Of a DNA stretch of 64,000 nt, positions 47,073 to 56,822 are shown one piece after another; positions within the stretch are counted from its first letter, which is position 1; every line of letters begins with the position of its first letter. A program made the position numbers and the translations under genes. The notes under the pieces were generated by a model. The model was not told where the DNA came from. It ran no database searches and was given only the letters and a program-made list of their open reading frames with translations. Location: NCBI GenBank assembly GCA_964513465.1, contig CAZEMR010000004.1:550-64549 (forward strand), written 5' to 3'. This stretch comes from an uncultured Hyphomicrobiales bacterium. GTDB lineage: Bacteria; Bacteroidota; Ignavibacteria; Kapaibacteriales; UBA2268.

Positions 47073-49013
47073 ATGAAATTTAATACTGCCCTGCTTGTAA
47101 TTTCTTTGTTCATATTTGCATTTTTTTCAATTAATTGCCGTGCCGCCGAAATTTCCAAACCCGGCGAGTATATTCCGCAGAATTTCGATGTGCTCGGCTA
47201 TGACGTTCAGATAGATATGACAGACCCCGACCCGCTGCATATCAAAGGAGTCTGCGATATAAAATTCCGCTGGACTTCTGACGTCCGCGATACATTTTTC
47301 TTTCATCTGAATGACCTCGATATCACCGGTGCCGAATATGAAGGCATTCCCGTCGGACCGATCGAAATCGGAGATCCGGACGCGTCCGATCATCATTTCT
47401 CCGTAGTGCCGCCAGCCGGCGATTTCGGGGATACGATTACTCTGCGCATTGCATACTCCGGCAAAATGACTAACGAGGGCGCGCCCGGCTACTGGGGCGG
47501 AGTGCACAAAAACGGCAATGGTGCCTATGCACTCGGCGTCGGCGATACGCGCTATGTTTCGATGACGCGCCACTGGATGCCATGCTACGACCACCCCTCG
47601 GACAAAGCACGCTTCAGCGCCAGCTTCCGAGTTAAACCGGAAATGACCGCGCTTTCGAACGGCCGGCTGGTCAGCGAATCGAACGACGACGGATTTAACG
47701 TTTTAGAATGGAAGCAGTCCGAGCCCTGCGCGACCTATCTGCTTACTTTTGCGGTCAATGAATACGTCAGCCTTTCGCCCGAGGGAGTCGAGCCGCCGCA
47801 TGTATATTATTATGAACCAAAATTCCAGCATTCCGCGCCGTTAATTTTCAGCAAAGTACCCGAGGCAACAAGACGACTGGAGGAAATGTTCGGCGAATAC
47901 CCCTACGAAAAGGTCGGATATGTAATCACCCCCAAGGGCTCGATGGAGCATCAGTCGCTTATCTCGCTCGGCGAGCCTGTGCTCTCGATCGCCTTCGGAA
48001 TGAAGGATTCACTTTATAACACAATCGTCCACGAGCTGGCCCACCAGTGGTTCGGCGATCTTGTCTCGCCGCTGGATTTCCGGGAGGTCTGGCTAAGCGA
48101 GGGCTTTGCGACCTATGCGACCGATCTGGTTTACCAGAGCTATTATAATCATGATTATTATTTGAATAATATACAATTAGAAATAGACACATATTACGAT
48201 CGATGCATCAAATCCGACGGCGTAATTCCGCTGTATGATTTCAATCGCGAGGAAACCGGCAGCTATCCGTATACAATATACATGAAAGGCTCGGCGGTGC
48301 TGCATTTGCTGCATTATGAGCTGGGCGATTCGCTATTCTTCGAAGGAGTTCGCCAATATCTTGATAATTACCGTTATGCCTCGGCGAGCACGGAGATGCT
48401 CCGCAAAACGCTCGAGGAAGCCGCCGGACGCGACCTCGGCTGGTTCTTCGATCAGTGGGTCTATGGTCATGGCTGGCCTGTTGTGCAAATCAGCGCTGAA
48501 AAATTATACCCCGAATCAAATATCCACGCGAATATTAATATAAGGCAGATCCAGCCGAAAAGCTACGGATTTTATAATAATCTGCCGATCGAGCTCAGCT
48601 TTGCCGGGAAAAGCGATACGCTGAGACGGATTGTGACGATGACCACCCCGACCGAGGATTTCTATCTGAGCGATCTGAATGACTTCGACACTATTCTCGT
48701 CAATCGCGGGCATACAGTCCGCACCCTGCTCGAGGTAGAAAGCAACATAATTATGTCGCTGCCCGGCGGGATTGCCTCAGTCGCGGAAATATTCCCTAAT
48801 CCCGCAGCAGATATGATCACGCTCAGGCTGCCTGCGGATTCGGCGCCATATCGCGCTCGTATAATTAATTCAACTGGCAATCAGGTAAGGGAATTCGAAG
48901 CAAAAAGCGGGAATAATCATATCTACATATCCGGATTGCCGGCGGGAGTATACCTCGTAGTAAGCGATGGCGGCGAGCTGCCCCGCGCGCTTAGATTCGT
49001 CAAATTCGAATAG
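47073..49013 (+). CDS. M1-family zinc aminopeptidase (aminopeptidase N-like), T9SS cargo
   Basis: Signal peptide 'MKFNTALLVISLFIFAFFSINCRAAE'. Zincin motif 'VHELAHQWFGDLVS' with downstream 'WLSEGFATY' (HEXXH-18-E). Type-A CTD 'IFPNPAADMITLRL...GVYLVVSDGGELPRALRFVKFE'. Confidence 0.85.
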   Translation: MKFNTALLVISLFIFAFFSINCRAAEISKPGEYIPQNFDVLGYDVQIDMTDPDPLHIKGVCDIKFRWTSDVRDTFFFHLNDLDITGAEYEGIPVGPIEIGDPDASDHHFSVVPPAGDFGDTITLRIAYSGKMTNEGAPGYWGGVHKNGNGAYALGVGDTRYVSMTRHWMPCYDHPSDKARFSASFRVKPEMTALSNGRLVSESNDDGFNVLEWKQSEPCATYLLTFAVNEYVSLSPEGVEPPHVYYYEPKFQHSAPLIFSKVPEATRRLEEMFGEYPYEKVGYVITPKGSMEHQSLISLGEPVLSIAFGMKDSLYNTIVHELAHQWFGDLVSPLDFREVWLSEGFATYATDLVYQSYYNHDYYLNNIQLEIDTYYDRCIKSDGVIPLYDFNREETGSYPYTIYMKGSAVLHLLHYELGDSLFFEGVRQYLDNYRYASASTEMLRKTLEEAAGRDLGWFFDQWVYGHGWPVVQISAEKLYPESNIHANINIRQIQPKSYGFYNNLPIELSFAGKSDTLRRIVTMTTPTEDFYLSDLNDFDTILVNRGHTVRTLLEVESNIIMSLPGGIASVAEIFPNPAADMITLRLPADSAPYRARIINSTGNQVREFEAKSGNNHIYISGLPAGVYLVVSDGGELPRALRFVKFE

Positions 49014-49014
49014 A

Positions 49015-49239
49015 TTATTCGTAAGTGCCGGAGTGGGTAAATGCGCTCTGCTTCATGCGGATTTTCAGATTATCGCTTGTGCCGATATGGTTGCCGCACC
49101 GGCACAGCACGCGCTCGCCCTCGCGGCGGGTATAGTCCTCGATTATTCGGGTGTGCCAGCACCGCAGCACGCGGCCCGGACCGATTTTGCGGTATTTCAT
49201 CAGCTTGCGCTTGCATTTGCTGCATTTAATCGTATACAT
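49015..49239 (-). CDS. small zinc-ribbon protein (hypothetical)
   Basis: 74 aa, 'CSKCKRK...CRCGNH' CxxC...CxC pattern, basic. Fits tightly between neighbouring genes. Confidence 0.4.
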   Translation of the reverse strand: MYTIKCSKCKRKLMKYRKIGPGRVLRCWHTRIIEDYTRREGERVLCRCGNHIGTSDNLKIRMKQSAFTHSGTYE

Positions 49240-49298
49240 CCATCTCCCCGATTATATATAATGGGGATAAAAATATAAAAATCTGTGGGAAAATGAAA

Positions 49299-50033
49299 TT
49301 ATTCAGCGGAATAATCAACACGGCTGCCCTTTTCGGGCTGCCACTCTGACTGCTTATACGCACTGATTGCCGCTTTGGCGACATTATCACCGATCGGGCT
49401 ATCCTCGCCGCCTTCGCTTTTCTGGCGTCGCATTTCGCTTCGGGCGCGGGCTTCTATCTGCGAGGCGCGGGCGGCCACTGCTCTGTCCTGGGTCGATGGG
49501 TCGCTCGGCGCAAGAGCTGCGCGCTTCACCTGTTGCATTTTGTCGATTGTGGCGCGGGGATCGTTGGGTACTTTGGATATATCAATCTGCACCTCCCCGC
49601 CGATGGCATAGCGTTTGCCGTCCGGGCCGGTGGTATAGCTAAAGTTCTTGCCACGGACGAGATTGCCGCCGGCTATCTGGTGGGCCTGCTCGTGGGTGCG
49701 GACTTCGCGGTCGCGATCCTCGAGCTCTTCGATTACTCGCTTTTCGGCGTCGCTTAGCTGTTGGCCGGTGGTGGTAATTTCGCCGGATTCATCCGAATTC
49801 TGATTCTCTTGCTGTGCGCGGCGGACGGATTCCTCGCTGCGGATCAGCTTGTCCTGATCATCCGCCGAATTTGTTTTCTGCGTTGAATCCGAATAATTGG
49901 CCCGGGATGTAACCACTCGCTCTTCCGTACGGCTGTCGGAGGAGGAGGAGCCGCTTTTTTGCCCGATGCGTGGCATAAATACCGGCATATTGTAGGGCGT
50001 ATAGCGTATTCCGTCTATTGTGTGCCCGGCCAT
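49299..50033 (-). CDS. hypothetical protein with HExxH motif (putative metallopeptidase-like)
   Basis: 244 aa. Low-complexity polar N-terminal half. Conserved-looking core 'VRTHEQAHQIAGGNLVRGKNFSYTTGPDGKRYAIGGEVQIDIS'. Confidence 0.5.
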   Translation of the reverse strand: MAGHTIDGIRYTPYNMPVFMPRIGQKSGSSSSDSRTEERVVTSRANYSDSTQKTNSADDQDKLIRSEESVRRAQQENQNSDESGEITTTGQQLSDAEKRVIEELEDRDREVRTHEQAHQIAGGNLVRGKNFSYTTGPDGKRYAIGGEVQIDISKVPNDPRATIDKMQQVKRAALAPSDPSTQDRAVAARASQIEARARSEMRRQKSEGGEDSPIGDNVAKAAISAYKQSEWQPEKGSRVDYSAE

Positions 50034-50221
50034 TTTTCATAACCTGTTTTTAGTAAAGGTATAATTTAAATACACCTATTCAATTATAATATCGGCAATA
50101 TATTGCCCGAACTTTAGTTTTCAATAAATATATCAAAAACAGTACCACTTTGTGCCGGCGCGACTTATCTCCTTTATACCAATGCCTTTTTTGTCATTAT
50201 TTTTTTTTAATATACGAAAAT

Positions 50222-53128
50222 TTATCTTGCAATGCTTATAATTCTTCGTTTATAAATATGTCCGGAAATATCAGGGATTTCTACTATATATACTCCGGGC
50301 GAAAGCTGCGAAACATCGAGCGTTAACTCGCTGCCGCTATTAACAAATACGTTTATTTTCCCGGATACATTTTCTCCCAGCGTATTATATATATTAATCC
50401 CGCCCGGGGCGATATTCTCCGTGCGGATTGTCACATAATTCATCGCCGGGTTGGGATAAAGCAATATTTCCTCTTCGCTTTCCGATTCCGGGGCCGAAAG
50501 CGGAATCGCGCCGAAGGCTATGTCGTCCACATACCAGCCGTCGCGATTGCTGAATATATTGGATGTAAATCTGAACCGCACGTAAGCCGTATCGTAGCCC
50601 GGATCGAATTCGAAGGATTCGATCTTCCAGTCCTCGGCCGTCAGGTCATCGTCTTTCCAGGGCTGATAATGATTCTCGTCGAATTCGGCGAGCGTTGTCC
50701 ATTCGTCCGATTCCGGATCGGAGGAGTATTCTACGTATCCGACGTCCTGTCTTTTGACAATCGCGGCATGCCAGAACGAAAGCTCGAATTTTTCCTGCGA
50801 ATTTTTGACAACCGGAAAGATTATTAATGTGTCGGCTTCGCTGCCGGAGTAGTCCCCATCGGGCGATTCGGTGATCGATGCCGGCGCCGAATGGAAGAAA
50901 TTCTGAGTAATCGCCCATCCGCTGCTTATCAGATATTTATTGAGCGGAGGCTGATTGAAGCCGTCTTCGTATTGCTTCGCAATCGCGCCGGTATAGAATA
51001 TTTTCGCGCCGGAAGGGTCGCTTTCATTTTCGCCGAATTCCGGATGGCGGTCGGTGATTGCTGCAAATATTTTATAAAAACCACGCGTCTTGACATCGAC
51101 CGGAATTACTAAGCTCATAGTGCGGCCTGTATCCGCCTGCACGAGATCGATCGAATCGAAAATTTCGCCGTCAATATATATATTTAATTTCGACAAATTG
51201 ACCAGAGGGGTCTGGCCGTCCTCGCGCAGCGCGGGGATGTGAATCTCCGCTTCGCAAAGCGCATTGTCGCTTTCGCTGCCGGCAGCCGAGATAATGACGG
51301 GTGCGGCTGGCTGTTCGGAGCCTCCGGCCCAAGCGCTGTCGGCGGCGGGACGGCTTTTGCGGCCATCCAGCGCTGCATAGAGCTTATATTTATATAATTG
51401 GTGCGGGGCAAGGCCTTCGTCGGAATACTCCGTAGCGCTGCCCGCGGGGGAAGCAATCAGCTCGCCGTCGCGATAGATTTCGTATGATAAATCTTCGATA
51501 TCAAAAGGCTGGCCGAATGCGCCCTCCGACGGAGTCTCCCAGGAAAGCCGGAGTTCGTCGGGCAATTCGGGGATAATTGCCACATGAAAATTCTTCGGCG
51601 GCACTGGAGCGCGGGTATCCACTATCGCGGTGAATACGTCGCTGTCGAATATATCCTTATCCGCGCGGCGCATATCGATCCACGAGGGATAGACCCGGCC
51701 GTCGTAAAATGCATTGCCGCTGTAGTCACCAGCAAAGGAATTGGCATTGAAGGGGTTATTGCGCAGATCGCCGGCGATGTCCGATGCGCGGCGGTCTATC
51801 CATGTTTCGCCGCCGTCCGATGACCAGCTTACGTAGCAGTCGGTCAGTATATTCTGTGGGTCGTCGCGGCTGTCGAGATACATTATCGCAAGCTCGCCGC
51901 TCGTGGGGTCGAGACTCATCCAGGGCCAGAACTGGTCGTTGGTTGTGTCGCTCTGCACGATCACCGGCTGGCTCCAGCTATCGCCGCCGTCGGTCGATTT
52001 CATGAAATAAATATTCGGCGGATTGTCCTGCGCCCAGCAAACATATACATTGCCGTGGCGCGGGCCGTCGGTGTTGTCGGCGACAACGACGGGATAACAC
52101 TCTGCGCGGACTTTATTTTTAACTCCGTGTCTCCATCCCTGGTTGGGGATAAAAATCGTCTGACCGAAGCGCTCGTAAGTATGAATCATTTCCGGCTGGC
52201 TCCAGCTATCGCCGCCGTCGGTCGATTTCGCATAGCCGATGGCATGTTCGATACCGTGATGCCATACGGCATAGACCTCGCCGTCGGGGCCGCAGGCCAC
52301 CAGCGGGAAGCTCTGCCCGAATGTAGTATCCTCCGAACTGCCCGCCACCCGGTGGCTTATCGGCACCGGCTCGCTCCAGCTATCGCCGCGGTCGGTCGAT
52401 TTGCTGATTACTATCTGGGTGGCCGAATCGCGCGGCGTCACCCGCTTCCAGGGTATATATATATCCCCGAAGTGCGGCGATTCGGGCGTATTGTCTATTG
52501 TGATATAATATTTATCCTCGAATGTGGAGTCCAGAGTCTGCTCGCCGAGATGAACGATAACCGGGATATGCGCCTGCCAGCTCTCGCCGCCATCGCTCGA
52601 GCGCGCCATGAATACGCCGTTCTCGCCGACCGTAACATCGTACTGCGGCTGATTGACGCCAAACCCGCCATAGACCAGATAGCCCGTGCCCTCCATATCG
52701 AATGCCACCGAGGGGTCGTTGGTCGAGCGCCAGCCAGCGTATGGGTGCCCCAGATTTTTATTAACCCATGTCTCGCCGCCATCGCTCGAAATATAAATCC
52801 ACGTGGATGACTCGGCGCGGTAGTCCACCGCCGAGGCGATCAGCAGATCCGGATTGAGCGGATTGATCGCAATCGAGGACTCGTTCTGCATTTTATATTG
52901 CTCGGTGCCCTCGTCGACCGTGGTGCTGACGTTCAGAAATATGGGATTGGGATCGGGATTGGCCAGCGGCACTGCGCGCGGCACCGGCGGCTTTTTCATA
53001 GGAGTGGGATGCGCCGATTCCATGAGCGATTCGAAGGCCTTGCGCGCGGATCGGGCCGGGGATTCTTCCTGCGCGAATAAATTCATCGAAAAGCAGATAA
53101 CAATTAAAATGGTCATTAATTTTTTCAT
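50222..53128 (-). CDS. BNR/Asp-box repeat (sialidase/sortilin-like beta-propeller) protein, T9SS cargo
   Basis: Signal peptide 'MKKLMTILIVICFSMNLFAQ'. Five or more Asp-box repeats ('SSDGGETW', 'SSDGGESW', 'STDRGDSW', 'STDGGDSW' x2, 'SSDGGETW'). FN3-like region. Type-A CTD 'LYPNPAMNYVTIR...GVYIVEIPDISGHIYKRRIISIAR'. Confidence 0.8.
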   Translation of the reverse strand: MKKLMTILIVICFSMNLFAQEESPARSARKAFESLMESAHPTPMKKPPVPRAVPLANPDPNPIFLNVSTTVDEGTEQYKMQNESSIAINPLNPDLLIASAVDYRAESSTWIYISSDGGETWVNKNLGHPYAGWRSTNDPSVAFDMEGTGYLVYGGFGVNQPQYDVTVGENGVFMARSSDGGESWQAHIPVIVHLGEQTLDSTFEDKYYITIDNTPESPHFGDIYIPWKRVTPRDSATQIVISKSTDRGDSWSEPVPISHRVAGSSEDTTFGQSFPLVACGPDGEVYAVWHHGIEHAIGYAKSTDGGDSWSQPEMIHTYERFGQTIFIPNQGWRHGVKNKVRAECYPVVVADNTDGPRHGNVYVCWAQDNPPNIYFMKSTDGGDSWSQPVIVQSDTTNDQFWPWMSLDPTSGELAIMYLDSRDDPQNILTDCYVSWSSDGGETWIDRRASDIAGDLRNNPFNANSFAGDYSGNAFYDGRVYPSWIDMRRADKDIFDSDVFTAIVDTRAPVPPKNFHVAIIPELPDELRLSWETPSEGAFGQPFDIEDLSYEIYRDGELIASPAGSATEYSDEGLAPHQLYKYKLYAALDGRKSRPAADSAWAGGSEQPAAPVIISAAGSESDNALCEAEIHIPALREDGQTPLVNLSKLNIYIDGEIFDSIDLVQADTGRTMSLVIPVDVKTRGFYKIFAAITDRHPEFGENESDPSGAKIFYTGAIAKQYEDGFNQPPLNKYLISSGWAITQNFFHSAPASITESPDGDYSGSEADTLIIFPVVKNSQEKFELSFWHAAIVKRQDVGYVEYSSDPESDEWTTLAEFDENHYQPWKDDDLTAEDWKIESFEFDPGYDTAYVRFRFTSNIFSNRDGWYVDDIAFGAIPLSAPESESEEEILLYPNPAMNYVTIRTENIAPGGINIYNTLGENVSGKINVFVNSGSELTLDVSQLSPGVYIVEIPDISGHIYKRRIISIAR

Positions 53129-53390
53129 AATGAGATCACGATTTATTCATATAAATTTAATATATTCGAAAATATTTCTTGCATGATTTTTCAAAATGCC
53201 AAGAATGAGTATATCAATAATAACAATATTTTGGATAAATCATCACAATTTTTAGTTTATATATACTTCCGAATTTACCTGAATTCATGCAGATTCAAAA
53301 AATTCCACAAAATGTTTTGCCGGGATTGATAAATTATTATTTTTGTAGCAGAAGTTTGGCATAATTTTTTCATATGGGCAATCTTTTTTT

Positions 53391-53990
53391 ATGATAAATT
53401 TTGACGATATATTATTAGACGAAGAAATCTCACAGGCGAAATTCGCGTGCAGGCTGGATAAATGCCACGGTGCATGTTGCACTTTTCCGGGTGATTTCGG
53501 AGCGCCGGTGCTCGACGAAGAAGTGCCCCGGCTGCGTGCTGCGGTCGATATTGTCCGCAAATACCTCCCAAAAAAGGCTCTGGATACGATTGAACGCGAG
53601 GGTGTGGTCGAAGGGCTGCCGGGCAAATTCACTACAATCTGCATCAACAAGCGCGACTGCGTTTTTGTTTACTACGAAGGCAAAGTCGCCAAATGCGCGC
53701 TCGAAAAGGCATGGTTCAGTGGCGAACTCAATTTCCGCAAACCGATTTCCTGCCATTTATTTCCGATTCGTGTAGGCAATTATGGCGGAAAATATTTATA
53801 TTACGAAAAAATTGATGAATGCGCGCCGGCTGTTTGCGAGGGCCAGAGCCGGGATATTCCGCTGATCGAGACCGTAGCCGACGCCCTGACGAGGGCATAC
53901 GGCGCCGAATGGGTCGAACGGCTGAAGAAATACATCGCAAACGGCAAGGAACAAAATACCGGGGGGAATAACGATGAAGCTGTCACTTGA
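53391..53990 (+). CDS. Cys-rich DUF3109-like protein (hypothetical)
   Basis: 199 aa. 'CRLDKCHGACC' cluster plus further conserved Cys. 3' end overlaps rpoN start by 17 nt. Confidence 0.55.
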   Translation: MINFDDILLDEEISQAKFACRLDKCHGACCTFPGDFGAPVLDEEVPRLRAAVDIVRKYLPKKALDTIEREGVVEGLPGKFTTICINKRDCVFVYYEGKVAKCALEKAWFSGELNFRKPISCHLFPIRVGNYGGKYLYYEKIDECAPAVCEGQSRDIPLIETVADALTRAYGAEWVERLKKYIANGKEQNTGGNNDEAVT

Positions 53991-55686
53991 TCTGAAGACT
54001 TCGCTGTCGCAGACTCTTACGCCGCAGCAGATACAGTATCTGAAGCTGCTGCAATTGCCGCTCATACAAATGGAGCAGCAGGTGCGCCAGGAGATCGAGC
54101 AGAATCCGATGCTCGAGGAAGCGGGCCTCGAGAGCGAGTCGCTGGCCGACGAAAATGAGTTCGAATCGAGCGAGGAATTCGCAGAAGCCGCTCCCGAGCT
54201 GGATTACGAAGATAAAACCAAAAAAGACGACGCCCGCTCGGAAATTCCCGACGACGCCGACCCCTTCGAATTCTATAAAATGATATGGGAGGATGACTCC
54301 GGGCCATCGTCCTATACAGGCCGCTCGGCAACTACCGACGAGGACGAATTCGAGCCGTACCAGATCAAAGACCTCAGCACGTTTTCGGAAGACCTGATCA
54401 ATCAATTGCAATTATTATATTTAACCGATGAGCAATATTTGCTCGGCGAACAGATTATAGGTAATATCGGCGAGGACGGCTATCTGCGCCGGGAACTCGA
54501 GGAAATAGTCGACGAAGCCAACGAAATAATCGCCGATAGAAATTTGGAAACCATACGATCCACGACCGAAAGCCAGCCCAGGGCAATGTATGGCGCATCC
54601 GGAGGTAACCCCGCGCTTCAGTATGCTCTCGACGAATCAAGCAGCGAACAGCTTCGCAAGGCGGGCAAGATCATAAGCGGCGAGGAAACAGCCACCCGGG
54701 AGCTCCCGCATCAGGACGTCGCCGGCGAAGATATGCTGAAGCCAATAAGCATGAGCGACGCCGAGTATATGCTCGATCGCATCCAGCAGCTCGATCCGCC
54801 GGGCGTTGGCTCGCGCAATCTGCAGGAATGCCTGGTTTCCCAGCTCAAAGTCGTGCGCAAGCCCAATGCAGCACAGAAGCTCGCGCTGCAAATTCTGACC
54901 GATGCCTATGAGCCATTCACCAAAAAGCATTATTCCGCAATTATGAAGCAGCTCGATGTCACCGAAGATTATCTGAAAGAAGCAATCGACGTCATCCGGC
55001 GGCTGAATCCCAAACCCGGCGGCGGGGAGATACAGTCCCAGATCAACACGGTAATTCCGGATTTCTCGATTGAACGCGACGAAAAAACCGACGAGCTGAT
55101 GATTACGGTCAACGACAGCCGCATCCCGCAGATCCAGCTCAGCACGGCCTACGACAAGCTGAAGAAGGAAGCTAAATTCAAGCATTTTAACAAAGATACC
55201 CGCGACTGGATCCGCAATAAATACGAAGACGCAAAATTCCTGATTCAGGCAATCCGCCAGCGCAAAAATACTATGCTAAAGGTGATGACCGCCATCGCCG
55301 GATTGCAGCGCGACTTCTTCGAGGAAGGCCCCCAGGGGCTTAAGCCGCTTATATATAAAAACGTTGCGGAAAAGACCGGACTGGATATTTCCACCGTCTG
55401 CCGCATTGTTAACGGAAAATACGTTCAGACCGAATACGGCACTTTCGAGCTGAAATATTTCTTCAGCGAGGCGCTCCCGACCGACCAAGGCGAGGAAGTA
55501 TCGACGCGGATAATCAAGCAGAAAATACGCGACATGGTGGCCGAGGAATCAAAAACAAAGCCGCTCAGCGACGAAAAAATCAGCAAAGAGCTTAAGAAAA
55601 GCGGCTATAATGTGGCCCGGCGCACAGTCGCCAAATACCGCGAGCAGATGAGAATTCCCGTCGCCCGACTTAGGAAAGAGCTATAA
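53974..55686 (+). CDS. rpoN: RNA polymerase sigma-54 factor
   Basis: 570 aa. N-terminal Gln/Leu-rich activator-interacting region ('LSQTLTPQQIQYLKLLQLPLIQMEQQV'), acidic linker, core-binding region. C-terminal HTH and RpoN box 'ARRTVAKYREQMRIPVA'. Confidence 0.9.
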   Translation: MKLSLDLKTSLSQTLTPQQIQYLKLLQLPLIQMEQQVRQEIEQNPMLEEAGLESESLADENEFESSEEFAEAAPELDYEDKTKKDDARSEIPDDADPFEFYKMIWEDDSGPSSYTGRSATTDEDEFEPYQIKDLSTFSEDLINQLQLLYLTDEQYLLGEQIIGNIGEDGYLRRELEEIVDEANEIIADRNLETIRSTTESQPRAMYGASGGNPALQYALDESSSEQLRKAGKIISGEETATRELPHQDVAGEDMLKPISMSDAEYMLDRIQQLDPPGVGSRNLQECLVSQLKVVRKPNAAQKLALQILTDAYEPFTKKHYSAIMKQLDVTEDYLKEAIDVIRRLNPKPGGGEIQSQINTVIPDFSIERDEKTDELMITVNDSRIPQIQLSTAYDKLKKEAKFKHFNKDTRDWIRNKYEDAKFLIQAIRQRKNTMLKVMTAIAGLQRDFFEEGPQGLKPLIYKNVAEKTGLDISTVCRIVNGKYVQTEYGTFELKYFFSEALPTDQGEEVSTRIIKQKIRDMVAEESKTKPLSDEKISKELKKSGYNVARRTVAKYREQMRIPVARLRKEL

Positions 55687-56822
55687 TGACTTTCGCCGAG
55701 ATCACCGCCCGCGCCGAACACGCGATCCGTCCGCTGATGGTCAAACTGCCGCCGGCGCTGGTTTCGCATATTTATTCCCGCTCGCGCAAATTGTTCCTGC
55801 GAATGCTGGATGCGGAAAATATTGCCAATCCCTGCCAGCCCGATCCGGCGCTTGGGCGGACGTTCTGGGGTATTCGATTTAATTCTCCGATTTTCAATGC
55901 AGCCGGGATGTTCAAGCTCGGCGAGGCATACCGCACGGTCGCGCGGCAGGGCGCCGGCGCATACCTTGCCGGAACGGTCACCCCGCAGCCGCGGCGCGGA
56001 AATATTCGCTCGGGAATTCCGCATCCGTTCATGCCATATCCCGCGTCGGGCGCCGCGTCGAACTGGATGGGTCTGCCCAATCCCGGCGCGGAGTCGCTTG
56101 CCCGGCGAATCAGCAATATTGAGAAAATCCCGGGCTGTCCGGTCGGGGTCAGCATATCCGCATCGCCGGAGGCCAGCGGCCCGGGCGCACTGGAAGACCT
56201 GATGAATGCAATGAATCTCCTCGAATCCGCTGGAGTGGATTTTTTCGAGCTGAACGAGAGCTGTCCGAATGTGCCCGGCCATAAGAATGGACTGGCCGCG
56301 CTGGACGAGCATCTGACAGAACGGATCGATTATTTGCACCAAAAATTCTTAAAAATCCGCAAGCGGAATCTGCCGGTAATCGCAAAATTCTCGACGGATA
56401 CCGATCCTGCTCAGGCGCCGGAGCTTATCGCCGCGCTCGCCGATGCCGGATTCGACGGAATTAATTTTGGCAATACCTCGATCGATTATATATTTATATC
56501 CGAAAAAATCAAACGTGTCGACCGGGAAAATTTCGACTACTTCCTCGGCAATTTCGGCGGTGGGATCAGCGGCGCTCCATTGCGTAGCAAATCGCTGGAA
56601 TTATGCCGGACGGCCGCGGAATATATCCGCAATCATCCTCCGGCGCGGGAGTTTCGCATAATCCGCACCGGCGGAGTGGCCTCACCCGCGGAATTCGAGC
56701 GCAGCCTCGACTGCGGCGCGGATATGGCGCAGTGGTTCACAGGATATTTCGACGCATTCGCGCGCCACGGCCACCAGCTTTATTGCAACCTCTATTCCCG
56801 CATGAATTTACCGCGAGAGTGA
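55686..56822 (+). CDS. pyrD: dihydroorotate dehydrogenase family protein (PyrD-like, class 2-type)
   Basis: 378 aa. 'GIRFNSPIFNAAGMFKLGEA', 'AGTVTPQPRRGN', 'ELNESCPNVPG', 'IIRTGGVASPAEF'. Collinear with PyrD FMN/active-site motifs. ATGA start/stop overlap with rpoN. Confidence 0.65.
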   Translation: MTFAEITARAEHAIRPLMVKLPPALVSHIYSRSRKLFLRMLDAENIANPCQPDPALGRTFWGIRFNSPIFNAAGMFKLGEAYRTVARQGAGAYLAGTVTPQPRRGNIRSGIPHPFMPYPASGAASNWMGLPNPGAESLARRISNIEKIPGCPVGVSISASPEASGPGALEDLMNAMNLLESAGVDFFELNESCPNVPGHKNGLAALDEHLTERIDYLHQKFLKIRKRNLPVIAKFSTDTDPAQAPELIAALADAGFDGINFGNTSIDYIFISEKIKRVDRENFDYFLGNFGGGISGAPLRSKSLELCRTAAEYIRNHPPAREFRIIRTGGVASPAEFERSLDCGADMAQWFTGYFDAFARHGHQLYCNLYSRMNLPRE

